Of a stretch of DNA of 64,000 bases, positions 1 through 12,399 are shown in pieces. This DNA comes from Eledone cirrhosa (taxonomy: Eukaryota): positions 62,001 to 126,000 of the forward strand of contig CAXHJY010000384.1 of the NCBI GenBank assembly GCA_964016885.1, in the 5' to 3' direction. The translations under genes and the position numbers were made by a program. How positions within the stretch are numbered: position 1 is the first letter of the stretch; every line of letters begins with the position of its first letter. Under the pieces are notes generated by a model. It was not told the origin of the DNA and made no database searches. It worked only from the letters and a program-made list of their open reading frames with translations.

Positions 1-160
1 TATTAACAGAGGTATATAAAAAATTAAACTTCCAGTGTTTTTATTTCAACTGAAGTTCAAATACCAATATTTCTTTTCATCTTGTAATGATTTAGCAGAA
101 AATATCTAAAAGCAGTGTTGTTAATTCAAATGCTTATAGTATCATTACAAGTAGATAGAT

Positions 161-216
161 TAATAATAATAATAATGAAATTATTGTGTACAGTGCTCAG
201 GTGCACTACAACATTA
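161..216 (-). mobile_element. Extreme 3' end of a CR1-like LINE with (TTA)n tail
   Basis: taataatgaaattattgtgtacagtgctcaggtgcactacaac matches the 3' end of the CR1 fragment at 9018-9480; another copy lies at about 22596-22650. Confidence 0.6.
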
Positions 217-392
217 TGAGTGTTGTTTCCTACTTTTCAACAATGTCTTAATGTAGTTTCAGAATTTAGACATGAAACAATTTCTACATATTTCTACCAC
301 AATAAAATAAAATTATAATAACTAAAATATTAACTGTATAACTGTGAAATAATCTGTGAACAATATTTCAACATTAATTACAAGCTAGTATA

Positions 393-596
393 TTAACCCT
401 TTAGCATTTACATTACTCTATAAAAGGCTTTACCTTACATAATTATCTCATGTAATATCAAATCAATGAGATTTTGATATTTATTTTCAGAACAATACCT
501 TAACATCAGTATGAGAAGCTGGTTACAGTTGGTTTGAATAGAAGGAGGTGAGAGAATTCTGGCTGGATACGCCCGGTTTAAATGCTAAAGGGTTAA
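393..596. mobile_element. TTAA-flanked (piggyBac-type) MITE
   Basis: TTAA|CCCTTTAGCATTTA ... TAAATGCTAAAGGG|TTAA terminal inverted repeats; second, interrupted copy at 46663-47595. Confidence 0.75.
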
Positions 597-961
597 GGTG
601 GACCAAGAAATTAGGTTGTCAAGTTAGGAATAGAGCAGAAAAGTGGAAATAGGTTTTTTTATTTTTTTTATTTAATTGATAGATTGAATTTAAAAGAAAT
701 CTGATAGTATTAAATCAAATTGTCAGCCTTTTCTCCTTAGCTGTATTTTCTAGGTTTACTGTATATGATATATTTAGAATACTCTTTCTGAATTTTAACT
801 AAATCAACATAAATAATTTCTAGGCTATATTGCTAATGATTTGGCAGCCACAACTAAGAAGTATATTGATTCTAATACAACATTTTAAATAACAGCATGA
901 GGAAGGACATCAGGTCATAGAAAACCTGACAGAAAAAATTTCCCATCCTATTCATGTAAGC

Positions 962-1090
962 CTGGCTGGGTGGTTAAGAAGTTTGCTTCACAATCCCATT
1001 TCAGGTTCTATCCCACAGCATACAGCTTTAGCAATTGACTTATACTATAGCCTGACCAATGTCAAGAGTGGAATTGGTAGACAGAAACCG
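962..1090 (+). mobile_element. Degenerate tRNA-derived CORE-type SINE
   Basis: tRNA-like head (tggctgggtggttaag...ggttctatccc) followed by tactatagcc...gaccaa...gagtggaattggtagacagaaac; related copies at about 16725-16890, 20930-21070, 32135-32270 and 42985-43080. Confidence 0.55.
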
Positions 1091-1941
1091 CGCGCGCATG
1101 TGTGTGTGTGCATGTAAAATATTGGCAAGATGTGATTCTCTGACACATCTAGTCTCAGACCGTAACAACCTGCTCAATCCCTATTAGAATGATGATGGTG
1201 GTGGTGGTGGTGGTGCACAAGCATATGTGTGTCTCTCTTTGTATTTGACATTGCAGACAGTAACATTTGTTTATGTCCTGCATAAACAGAAATCCTGCAG
1301 TTTACCAGTTTAAATGTGTAAAGATCTGTACCTAACAAAGAAAAGAAGGCTGGTATGATGAACGGTGTCCATCTGTAGAATCCCCAACCCCCTAATATCT
1401 CATTAAACCCATGCCTGTATGGACAAAAAAAAAAGACTTAAAAATCATGATGATGAAATACAATGTGGAAAAGAATAACAGCTCAAATAATGCAGTTTCT
1501 ACATCAATTTTCGTATCTGTGAAATATTATCTTTTAGTAATGCTTTGGATTATGATAAGCAATTTTCTACTTATGTAACAATCTTCTACTTATACATATT
1601 ACTGTGACTTCCTATCACAATGTCTATCAACAATTTGTTTAGTTATGCTAATATTAAATCGGGTTTTAATTTTATACTCTGAGTTGCTTAAGACCAAGAT
1701 AAACACTGGTGTAGTGAGCCTCTGAGCTTGAAACTGATATAACTCACCATTGACACCACCACTACCACCATTTCTCTTAGGTATATAGAAAGCATTTGGT
1801 CAATTATTTATAGTAATGGCTTGAATTGGAAATTAAAAAGGGATGAGATGGTATTTAAGGTGTTGTTTTGAAATGGTAGTTTAAAATAACACAGTATGGA
1901 TTTTTTCACAACTGATTTCCTTACTGATCTCTCTATTAACA

Positions 1942-2256
1942 TAATTGTTTCTACTTTTGGCACAAGGCCAGCAATTACCCAGTGTATTACTGGTACTTTA
2001 TTTTATCGACCCCGTAAGGATGAAAGGCAAAGTTAACCTCGGCGGGATTTGAACTCAGACCGTAAAGGGACATAACTTTGCTAGAAAGCATGGCGTCTGA
2101 CCCTCTACTGATACTGCCAATTCACATTAACATAATTGTTTCTACTTTTGGCACAAGGCCAACAATTACCCAGTGTATTACTGGTACTTTATTTTATCGA
2201 CCCCGTAAGGATGAAAGGCAAAGTTAACCTCGGCGGGATTTGAACTCAGAATGGCA
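1942..2256 (-). mobile_element. Two tandem tRNA-derived Nin/Deu-domain SINE copies (one full, one 5'-truncated)
   Basis: Minus strand reads box A-like TGGCAGTATCAG, box B GAGTTCAAATCC, central GCCTTTCATCCTTACGGGGTCGATAAAATAAAGTACCAG (Nin/Deu-like) and tail GTAGAAACAATTA; direct repeat attaacataatt flanks the first copy. Confidence 0.85.
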
Positions 2257-2367
2257 AGTGAGTTCTATTCAGAAATGGGACGTTTATCAAGCATGAAAGG
2301 AGATTAATGCTAAATTCTATCCACCAACCACATCTAGAATACTAAACAATTTTGGTCACATTTAAAA

Positions 2368-2802
2368 TCTAAACTATAATACAGGGAGGAGTGCGGGACA
2401 GCGTCCAGAATATATTTTTTTATCCCGTTTGTAAAATAAGTTGGATTACTTTGAATAAATAATGAATGACTATTACATCATTTATCTACTAAATTTCGTT
2501 ATTCTTCATTAAATATAAATAATTCTGTCGCTTATTTTAAGATTCACTTCTTTAAAATGTTCACATGTCAACACTTCCAGTTAGCGATCGCTTAAATAAA
2601 CAGTCATATATTTCCGTCAATGGATTACATTACTGATTACATAAGACAGTGTAACACAGTCTTCGTTCAATTTCTGTGTATATTGTCAATTACGATTTTA
2701 TTTGATGTATTATATCTACATGTATATATACTTGCATATAATATCAATATGTACACTACACAGGCCAGCAGAAAACCACCCAAAGGGTGGTTTTTCTGCT
2801 AG
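2368..2802 (+). mobile_element. Putative non-autonomous Helitron
   Basis: Ends in strong hairpin agcagaaaaccaccc-aaa-gggtggtttttctgct followed by CTAG|T; tentative A|TC start at 2368. Confidence 0.4.
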
Positions 2803-3281
2803 TATATATAAAGTTGTATTCCTGTGTTTGTTTGTTTGTTCACAGACTACTCCTATGGTTTGGGAGATAGACCCCCATAACCATATATGTTCTGAAACTA
2901 CTTTGGGTACTTGGATAAGTATATGTGATTTTAATTAACGGGTTCGCCGGGGACACAAAACCCTGCTGAAAATGTTTTCCCTTCTATTTATATGAAATTT
3001 AAGCCATAGGTAAATGACAAGATATGATGCCTATTCACAAAAGTTTTGAATTGATATTTTTTTTTAATTATTTACAAGAAACAAAATAAGAATAAGATTT
3101 AATAATGTAATTTTGATTTGATATATTACAAAAAATAATGTTTTCCAATTTTTCATGCATTACATTTTAGATTGAGTAATATTGAAATGCATAAATTATA
3201 TCACTGATTTAAAATCAATCATCATTTTCTTACAAAAGAAAAAAGGTGTGAAACGCAGCAAGGCGCGGGTAATTCGGCTAG
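2799..3281 (+). mobile_element. Non-autonomous Helitron
   Basis: 5' tatatataaag...(tttg)n typical of small Helitrons; 3' GC hairpin cgcagcaaggcgcgg about 10 nt upstream of CTAG|T at 3278-3282. Confidence 0.65.
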
Positions 3282-5021
3282 TATCTTTAACCATTTTTGT
3301 TAAGTTACTATTCTTTCAATGGTAAATTAAAACCCAGTACAAGATATTTTGAAAAATTACTTATGTTAAAATATTCTTAACATAAGACATACATTGAATT
3401 TATATTTCAAAGTACTAATATTTCAATAAAGCATGTATTAATTTATTTAATTAGAGGGCAGAAACATTTTCTAAGATATGGATATTGTATAAGAAGTGGA
3501 TTAGAGCATTGTGTTGAGAAGTTCAGAAAAATAAAACAAACTTGTAAGTATAAATAGTCAAAGTTACAAAAATGGAAAGATTCTATTGGGGACAACATAA
3601 ATACACAGTTTTTGAAATATAAAGTATTTTCGATGAAAAGAAACATTTTGAAAAGATCCTTTGACTTGGTTGACAACATAGTATAATATGTAAATTTATA
3701 TAAATCATTATCATTTTATGTTTGTTTTCCATGCTGGTATGGGTTGAATTTGTCTTCACAGTCTGAGACTAGATTGGTTGAAGAACCACATCATGCTCAT
3801 ACATTACATATTTAGCTTAATTTCTATGGTTGCATGCCCTTCTTAATGCCTACCACTTTACTGAGAGTACTGAGTGCATTTTATCAAGGTACCACCACTA
3901 GAGAGGTTGTCGTGTCCTTGACAGGACCAAAGGATCCTCTCTACTCTGCATTGTTTCAGTTTATTCGTTCACACACTGACGTGTGTGTATACTTGTACAT
4001 ATATATATTAAAATAAACACCCCATTTCCATACATAACCCAATGACAATTGCAAAGTGTTTATGATACAATGCAATACTTATATCACTTCCTATATAACA
4101 AAAATATAACAGGCAATGAAATACTGTTGTAACTGCATAGAAAAGCTATGAAAAGTTACCCAGGTCTATATCTAAATGAGTAATACTACTATTATGGTAT
4201 GTTTTCTAACTATGTTGAAAATTGAATTTAAATGCATTTTTATAGTGGCTATGCTGGGACACTGTTGTCAAGGTTGTAGTTCATTATATTGATCCAAATA
4301 CTTGACTTATTTTACAGAAACAGATGGTATCAACAGGTTGCCTCCTTAGTTGGAAATAGATACTCTGGACAGTACAGCTTATAATGTTCACATAAGCAGC
4401 TCCCTATAATTAATTGAGGTGCTTCATTAACTCGCAATGATGAGTTCAAATCCTTCAACATGCAAAAGGATGGACTCCATTTAGTTGACCTGTATCAGAA
4501 ACATATAATCCAAAGGGACTCGTATATAGTGTACTTAAAACCTGTATGCATACATTTGGCTTATAGGTAAGTATCATAAATCAAAAACAGAGAATCACAC
4601 ATGCCACCACCAATAACTTCTCACATAATCTCATTAAAAACAAAGTAAACTGTTAGAATATAACATAAATAAATAATTAAATAAATAAAGCAGTATGATA
4701 AATATTTGCTGCATTAGTAAGTAAAAATTCAGTGACAATTAAGAGAAAACCTTAATCCGAGAATAAACAGAAAAATATATAGATTAAGTCTCCGCCAGCA
4801 TCATAAGCAACACCATCAGCACATTCTGAAGTTCACCGATAAGTTAATAACTTGTCAAGACACGTGTAAAAACATAGTTTGACATGTGCAGAGATTTGTC
4901 AGTAATAGCTATTGATTAACAAGCCTCCTTTAAAAACATGTAAACATTTATTTCATTACTTGTAATTATTAGTGTGAACTATAACAGAAATTCTCACAAA
5001 CAGAAATATTATAAGTAAATA

Positions 5022-5022
<1 letters not shown>

Positions 5023-5067
<45 letters not shown>

Positions 5068-5630
5068 TGGTGTGTGTGGTGTGTGTGGTGTGTGTGGTGT
5101 GGTGTGGTGTGGTGTGGTGTGGTGTGGTGTGGTGTGGTGTGGTGTGGTGTGGTGTGGTGTGGTGTGGTGTGGTGTGGTGTGGTGTGGTGTGGTGTGGTGT
5201 GGTGTGGTGTGGTGTGGTGTGGTGTGGTGTGGTGTGGTGTGGTGTGGTGTGGTGTGGTGTGGTGTGGTGTGGTGTGGTGTGGTGTGGTGTGGTGTGGTGT
5301 GGTGTGGTGTGGTGTGGTGTGGTGTGGTGTGGTGTGGTGTGGTGTGGTGTGGTGTGGTGTGGTGTGGTGTGGTGTGGTGTGGTGTGGTGTGGTGTGGTGT
5401 GGTGTGGTGTGGTGTGGTGTGGTGTGGTGTGGTGTGGTGTGGTGTGGTGTGGTGTGGTGTGGTGTGGTGTGGTGTGGTGTGGTGTGGTGTGGTGTGGTGT
5501 GGTGTGGTGTGGTGTGGTGTGGTGTGGTGTGGTGTGGTGTGGTGTGGTGTGGTGTGGTGTGGTGTGGTGTGGTGTGGTGTGGTGTGGTGTGGTGTGGTGT
5601 GGTGTGGTGTGGTGTGGTGTGGTGTGGTGT

Positions 5631-5666
<36 letters not shown>

Positions 5667-5690
5667 TGAGTGTGTGAGTGTGTGTGCGTG
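5023..5690. repeat. Compound (GT)n / (GGTGT)n microsatellite, roughly 108 perfect pentamer units
   Basis: Seen directly; explains the 213-296 aa HTTPH/VVWCG ORFs. Confidence 0.98.
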
Positions 5691-5694
5691 CGTA

Positions 5695-6302
5695 TGGTCA
5701 CCACTTGGTGCTACTGGTAACATGTATCCCAGTACAACCCGTCTCATGGTCGGGTCGTTGGCGACTAAACTGGCAACCCCACCAAGGTTTCTAGGTGAGG
5801 AGGGTGACTTTGGACATCCTGCAGGACTAAAAACAAAACCTGTCAAAGGGCAGAGGAGCTCTTAAGAGTCAATGGCCATCCAAAATCACCGGGAGAGATG
5901 ACCCCTTAGCCTTTGTCAAGGCAGAATTCTAGGAGAAGGAAAACTCTGATATAACACCTGCAACCTTGATGGTATCCAATGATGTTGACTTGTTCTTGTT
6001 TTTGGTAAATATCATCTTGGTTAAGAGAGTGAGACTGGCTTTGTGCAGTGCCTTTGCTCACTATAAAAGCTTCACGGCACAGGCATTGCTTTATATCTGG
6101 ACTCTCTCTGCACTTGTCGTCACATGGTACCATGGGCCCAGCACTATGTGTCAATAATTGTCACAAGTGTAGTGTTTGTACCAGAGTTTTCAAGTCGCTG
6201 GCTGGACTAAAAAGTCACACTCGTTCAGCGCATCGGTAGGGGTTCTCCTACATGGATATAAAGTAGTGGCCGTACTCGAAAGCGAGTTGGCAGCCACCAC
6301 CG
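5695..6302 (+). mobile_element. Longest copy of an RTE-derived bipartite non-autonomous retroelement
   Basis: RTE-like 5' UTR motifs (ctaggagaaggaaaactctga) joined to an RTE-type C-terminal C2H2 remnant CSVCTRVFKSLAGLKSHTRSAHR* and a gccaccacc tail; near-identical copies at 46877 and 58265. Confidence 0.7.
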
Positions 6303-7394
6303 CCACTGTATGTATGTATGTATGTATGTGTGTATGTGTGTGTATGCACTTTGTATCAACATTTTTCTTACTAAACACTTAAAAATTGGTATTAAAAGAT
6401 TTGTATTTTATAAGAAAATTTTTCATACGAATGCTTTCAATCATTAGTGTGGCCATGCTGGGGCATCTATTGTTCCCTCTCACCTTCGTTGGTGTACAGC
6501 CATGCAGTCGCCTTGCACATAAAAATGTTGCTGTTCAGTAGCTTTGAAATGTGGCCACACAGTAGCTTTGAATTTGATAAATGTTTGCTCAAATGATTAA
6601 ATGTTTCAGTCAAAGGTTGGGGAAAATAAGAGGGAGTGTTGATCTCAGCACTTGGTTTTTCAAGTCCGATACATATTTTATTGATCTCTTTTTGTTGAAC
6701 TGCTTAGTTAAAGGATACATACACATGCATATGATACATACACACATACCTAAATAACAATGACAATCCAAGAATGAAACCCACAGATACAGGTAAATAA
6801 AATCTTTTCGTCAAGAATTATACAGCAGAAAGATAATGTTAATATTCTCTGACCATCTTATCAAAAGGTAACTAACCATCAAAACACTTTAAGCTGTATC
6901 TATATGATGTATAAAACTAAAGAATTTAGTGATTTATGAAGGCAATAATACTTTTTTTTTTTTTACATGATAAAAAATGAAAATAAAAACAAAGCGAATA
7001 TAGAAATGTTACCATTTGGAATTCATCATGAGAAATACATCGCATAACTGGTTTGTAATCTGTAGACATTTTGTAAAAGTCAACCAAAAATTAGCTCCGG
7101 GAGTGTGACTACTGTGCTTTGATAATGTATATGACTCTCACTGTCTCATATAGTAGTGAAATACAACTAAACATGAATGGGGTGGCTGAGATGAATAAGT
7201 AGGTGGAGCATATTCGCTGAACCAACCGCTATGATTGACAATTAGATACAAAGCTAGCAGGGCACAGAAAATAGTCTGCCTTTAGCTGACATGTCAATTA
7301 TGTGCTGGTATAACTATAAACACAACTTTCCTAGCAAACTGACTACCAAACAATATTAAATAAATCCCAAAGTAAACAGGTGGTGTGGTGAAAG

Positions 7395-7399
7395 TAGTA

Positions 7400-7436
<37 letters not shown>

Positions 7437-7437
7437 C

Positions 7438-7468
<31 letters not shown>
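7395..7468. repeat. (CAG)n grading into (TAG)n microsatellite
   Basis: Seen directly. Confidence 0.95.
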
Positions 7469-7824
7469 AGCAATGATTAGGTCACTCAACTAGCCCTTGG
7501 TCATCACAATATACAAGCATAGAAAAGGATGATGATATGTTTTCATTTTCATTTCTTATTAAAGAAGTAAATCATTTTAACATTTCAGAGAATAAAACAT
7601 TGAATGTTTAGAGGTTTAATTTACAGGTAGGCTAATAATATTTCAGTTTGATTAATGTGTCTCTCAGCTATTTCAAATACACCTTACATATTACAGCCAG
7701 CTTAACAGAGAAAAACAAAGGGTCGCCCCATCTGGGTTACAGAGATCTGCTTAACTTCATACAATTTAACAATATTCCACAGAAATATTGCTTATAAATT
7801 ATTTCACACCATTCAATTTTTGTT

Positions 7825-8055
7825 TAACCTTTTTGACACCAACTCACCTGAAACTACGACTGGGTTTATAATACAAAACTCTTTGTTTTAAATGTTTATA
7901 TTTAACTAAACTTTCCATCACAAATTCAACTAAAAACCTTTGTTATGTTCCAAAGTTGTATTAATAAATCTTTTCAAATTTGTTATTATTTTCAAAATTA
8001 TTTGAAAAGAATAGACAGTATCTTTCATTAGAAATATGGCCATGAAAGGGTCAAG
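7825..8055. mobile_element. Degenerate TTAA-type MITE family member
   Basis: ttaacctttttgacacc ... catgaaagggtcaa; related decayed copies near 10860-11040, 14220-14450, 18720-18950, 22845-23075, 44180-44290 and 61065-61348. Confidence 0.45.
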
Positions 8056-9017
8056 AATTACATGAAATTCATTTAAATTTGTATATGAAATAAAATAGCA
8101 TCTTTTAATAATTATAAATTATGTGCGAATGCAAGATTAAGTGACCTATACAACACTGAATCAAAAGAATAAATGGAATACATTTATTCTGGGAAAGAAT
8201 AGATGAAATACATTTATTCTGGGAAATCTTGAAATCAAATTAAAATATCTTGTCTGATTCACCAGATTCACTGTGTATATATGAGTTAGGGTTAGGGTTT
8301 GTTCGTGTTAAGGTTCAAACAAAGGATGGGAGAACTCTACAGTTATATCAAAAGCACAACTTCCTTAGATGCCAGTGTCACAATAAAGTGCACTCAGTAG
8401 AGGGTTAGAATGTATGTAAACATGTAGGAACCCAGCCCATCTGAGGGTCAGTAGCTCCACTTGACTGCTGATTCAGTCTGGGAAGACCCATCAAACTTTT
8501 GCTAGCAGAAAATCAGAAGTTTGATGATGATGATGATGATAACTGATGTAAATACTTAAGAAAAGAAATAAAAGTGCAGAACAAATGAACTACTAATACA
8601 TGATGTACAAATAAAATTAATATTTTATGCCAGCTTAATGAGGTGGACCAATTTACAGGAGATTAAGTTCAGTTTTATTTCAAATACATAGCATTCAATA
8701 ATTTAGAAGGTGACCTGTATAGGACAGCAGCATAACAAGTATTTGGATTCTGGCGGAAACATGATTATGTAAAACATCACTGGGTAAAATAACAAAACTT
8801 TCCTTTAATAGCTTATCTAGGTGTAAGCTGGACATGTAGTGATCCAAAAAGAATGAAGTAATGAATGAAAGATAATTGTGATGATTTAGAAAGTCTGTAC
8901 TGGATGGTAAGTGACATGAAATAGAAGTGATTGTAGTAAAAGAAATTAACTCTTTGACTACCATATTTGTAAAGAAATACACTGCCTAAGCTTTTCAATA
9001 ATTCAAAAGGATTTAAA

Positions 9018-9480
9018 TAATAATAATGAAATTATTGTGTGCAGTGTTCAGGTGCACTACAACTCATCAAAGGTGCATGTATAGTACATAGAATAATATA
9101 CAAATGTCAGGGAAGTGAATAGTGTATGAGTCATGATATACGTGTGTATGGAGGGGGAATATTAGGTGTAGTGTTGGTGAATCTCAGGAAGCATGGAGGT
9201 TTTCAAGGATGCAGTGTCTCGACAGTTAATAACTGATGCAGGTAGTTTATTCCATGCTTCAGCAACTCTGAGCGTGAAAAAAATGTTTCCAAAAGTCTTG
9301 GGAGCTGTGCTGTTTTCTGACTTTGTTGGCATACCCAAATGTGTCAAAAAGGTACTCAGGGTTGTTGTTGGCAAGATGGTTAATAATTTTGTGGGTGTTT
9401 ACCAAGTCAGTTGCCAGACGTCGGAGCTGCAATGTATCCATGCCCAGGAAAGCAAGGCGTTCAGAGTATGGTAGATACCT
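9018..9480 (-). mobile_element. CR1-clade LINE 3' fragment (frameshifted)
   Basis: LDTLQLRRLATDLVNTHKII...FF.LRVAEAWNKLPASVINCRDTASLK, the typical CR1 ORF2 C-terminus, followed by 3' UTR and (TTA)n tail. Confidence 0.8.
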
Positions 9481-10023
9481 TTAGTAGTATAACTAACATT
9501 TTCATTATTAAGCTGGTCTTTAGATCATAACAGAGGCTCTTACATAAAATTATGATAGAAGGGTAGTAACGGGTGGTTTGGTATCAAATAGGTTAAGGAC
9601 TATTAACTACTAGATAGAGATGTCCCAAGTAAACTGCAAGTCAAATACATCACCTTGTAGCAATACAAATAATGTAGAAGTTGCAAGTTCATGGCATTAG
9701 AGACATACATATAGAAACAATACAGAAGGTTGTTTATAGAAATTATTCTTCAGTTTATTGTTATATTAATCCTATGATGTATAGTGACCTTTCAAAGATA
9801 TATATTTTTCTTCAGAACGTCAAAGAAGAGACAAGGGAACAAGGCTATTAAATATGTTCTGGTCTGAAGGTTATGTCGCCTGATAAACAGATTGGTAGTT
9901 CTAAATAAAGATCAAAGTAATCCTAAAATATATTTGATGCTCCCTGTACCAATAATAGTTAGTTGGTACCCCTACCCTCTACTACATAATAGTTTGTGAA
10001 TTAATTATATTATCAACCAAACA

Positions 10024-10215
10024 TACCATATATACTCAAATATAAGCTGAGGAATATGTGATAGACACCAAAAAAAAAAGGGGGGGGGGGTGCTTACATA
10101 GGCCATCTAAATATGTTGATGGCTGCCTTGGCTTAAAGTGGGGTTTGGATTTTTGCACATTTCTCAGGCATAAAATAGGAAGAAGGTCGGCTTATACCCG
10201 AGTATATAAATGGTA
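10024..10215. mobile_element. TA-flanked Tc1/mariner-superfamily (pogo/Tc2-like) MITE
   Basis: TA|CCATATATACTCAAATATAAGCTGA ... TCGGCTTATACCCGAGTATATAAATGG|TA imperfect TIRs. Confidence 0.65.
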
Positions 10216-11057
10216 CATATCTCTAAGGCAGTACACCAGCAGAGTTGTTAAAAAATGTTTCGATATTTGTTCTGGCTCACTGCGCTCTGAGTTCAAATTC
10301 TGCTGAAGTTAACTTTGCCTTTCATCCTTTCAAGGTTGATAAATATATTACCAGTTCAGTACTGAAGTCAATTTTTCTTCTCTCTCTCTGAAAGAAATCG
10401 ATGGTATTCTCACCTAGAGAAAGAGGTGGGCTCCACCAGGATCAAAATACCCAAGATGGTGCCCTTACAACTCCAAAAATTAAGGGGTCTTTACCTTTAT
10501 CTCATTATATCCCAACTGTGAGAAAGTAAAAAAGTGATCATTTTCTTATTTCATTGTAAACATTACAAACTACTGAGTTGCTTAGAATATGTTATGTAGT
10601 GTAACTATGGCATGTTTATGTAGATGATATAGCACTGGTAGATTTGGTTACCAACAAGACAGATTGGTGATTTAGTGCACAATGGGGATTTTCTTTTCTG
10701 TAGACTACAGACCAACAAAAGATTGTGTGTCCTCTTTACATCAATCCAACAGATGCAAGTGTGGAAAAATGGATGTGATGATGATGAAATCTTTTACATT
10801 GTTGTCACCTACATGGTTTAACAACACAAGTTCTCCATTGAAGATTGTCCAACAGAGTTAATGCTTCTTTAGGATGTTAACTCTTTCTAATGAAAGACAC
10901 TACTTATGATTTTCGAATAATTTTCAAATAATTTTGAAAATCATCAAGAATTTGGAGGGATTTAGAAATATAACTTTCTCATTATTAAACTGGTATTTGG
11001 AACACAATATTTTTATGTAGAATTATAATGGAAGATCTTAAAAAGAATACAATTGTG

Positions 11058-11512
11058 AATACAAGCGGGTGAAATGGGGTTCCTCTGAAGGGTCTTTGGA
11101 CTAACGTTACTAAATAGTGTATAGCTCAGAGATTAGAGAATCATTCCAAGTGGAGTTGCTACTTCTCCAAATTGAGATCACAGCTCCGATACTATGGGCA
11201 TGTGGTTGGAATGTCTCAGGAAAGAATTGCTGGACAGATTTTACAGGAAAAACCAACCAGCAGGAGACCCAGGGGTAGACCCCAAGCAAGATGGTTGGAT
11301 AACATCCATGAGTTTGACTGGTCTAGCTTGGGGAACCTGCCAGATCAGTTACAGACGGTTGCTTCTGACAGGACCTGCTGGAATGAGTGTTTGAGGTCTC
11401 TGCCCCCACGAGAAGAAGGTGAAGAAAAAGAAAAAGAAAAAGAAAAAGAAAAAGAAAAAGAAAAAGAAAAAGAAAAAGAAAAGAAAAAAAAGAAAAAGAA
11501 AAGAAAAAAAAG
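11058..11512 (+). mobile_element. RTE-clade (Expander/Rex3-like) LINE 3' end with (GAAAAA)n tail
   Basis: QAGEMGFL...RSQLRYYGHVVGM...KPTSRRPRGRPQARWLDNI, the typical RTE ORF C-terminus. Confidence 0.85.
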
Positions 11513-11640
11513 AACTAGTGTATAACAGAATCCTGATACTGCATCAGAACAGAGAAGTTCAACATATTTTTAACTACAACTAGTGTATGACAGAGCACCC
11601 TCATACTGCATTGTATAACAGCTGCTCTATACCTGGCATT

Positions 11641-11822
11641 ATTGGCAGTATCGGTAGAGGGTCGGACGCCATGCTTTCCAGCATAGTTACGTCCCTTTAC
11701 GATCTGAGTTCAAATCCCGCCGAGGTTGACTTTGCCTTTCATCCTTACGGGGTCGATAAAATAAAGTACCAGTAATGCACTGGGTAATTGCTGGCCTTGT
11801 GCCTAAAGTAGAAACAATTATT
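11641..11822 (+). mobile_element. Nin/Deu-domain SINE, near full length
   Basis: Same family as 1942; flanked by direct repeat attattggca. Confidence 0.85.
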
Positions 11823-12399
11823 GGCATTCCATATCTATCTGTAACTAACAGAATGCATTGCAGATATGAACTGTTTACCTGTCACCTGGGAGGTGTTGTT
11901 ACCGGTATTATTGTATATTTAGATCCTTTCAATCAGGATCATGTAAAAACTAACTTTCCAATGACAGTCACACAGTTGAATTCTGCTGCTTTTTGTTGGT
12001 ATGGTACATATATAATGTTTATATTTATATATATTATCTTAGCACCTAAATGAATGAACAAGAAAATTGCTTTGTCTTGTTTATTATATTTTTAAAATTT
12101 TAGGAAAATAAACTAGAAACATATATTGGTATTTTGATGGCAGATATGTCTAAAATAAACAAAAAGTTAAAAGTCCTGAAATGGTAACAATAAATCTATA
12201 TATAGAATTTAAAAAATGAAATGTGTGACCTTTAAACTTTGTTGTAAAAATATTTTTAAAAATACATTTAAGTTGCTGACATCAATGCTTTGAAATTATG
12301 TATTTTTAGTCATACTTTACGATCATGAAATATGACAGGGGGTGTGAAATAAGATTCTTCTTCTTTCTTCAAAATAATGAACAAAAGAGGTGAAGGTAC

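Noticed and set aside
1942-2125. tRNA genes suggested by box A and box B motifs
   Set aside because: These are SINE heads that continue into SINE bodies and lack a complete cloverleaf
4750-4826. ECADGVAYDAGGDLIY resembling a beta-propeller repeat on the minus strand
   Set aside because: Short, bounded by stops and with poor splice context; likely chance
4956-5865. His/Thr/Pro-rich or Cys/Trp-rich ORFs of 213-296 aa
   Set aside because: Translations of (GGTGT)n and (GT)n in multiple frames
8284-8298. TTAGGG telomeric repeat
   Set aside because: Only two units; expected by chance
8695-8985. 95-aa minus-strand ORF as a terminal exon with downstream AATAAA
   Set aside because: No recognisable homology, weak acceptor and AT-rich composition; cannot be supported
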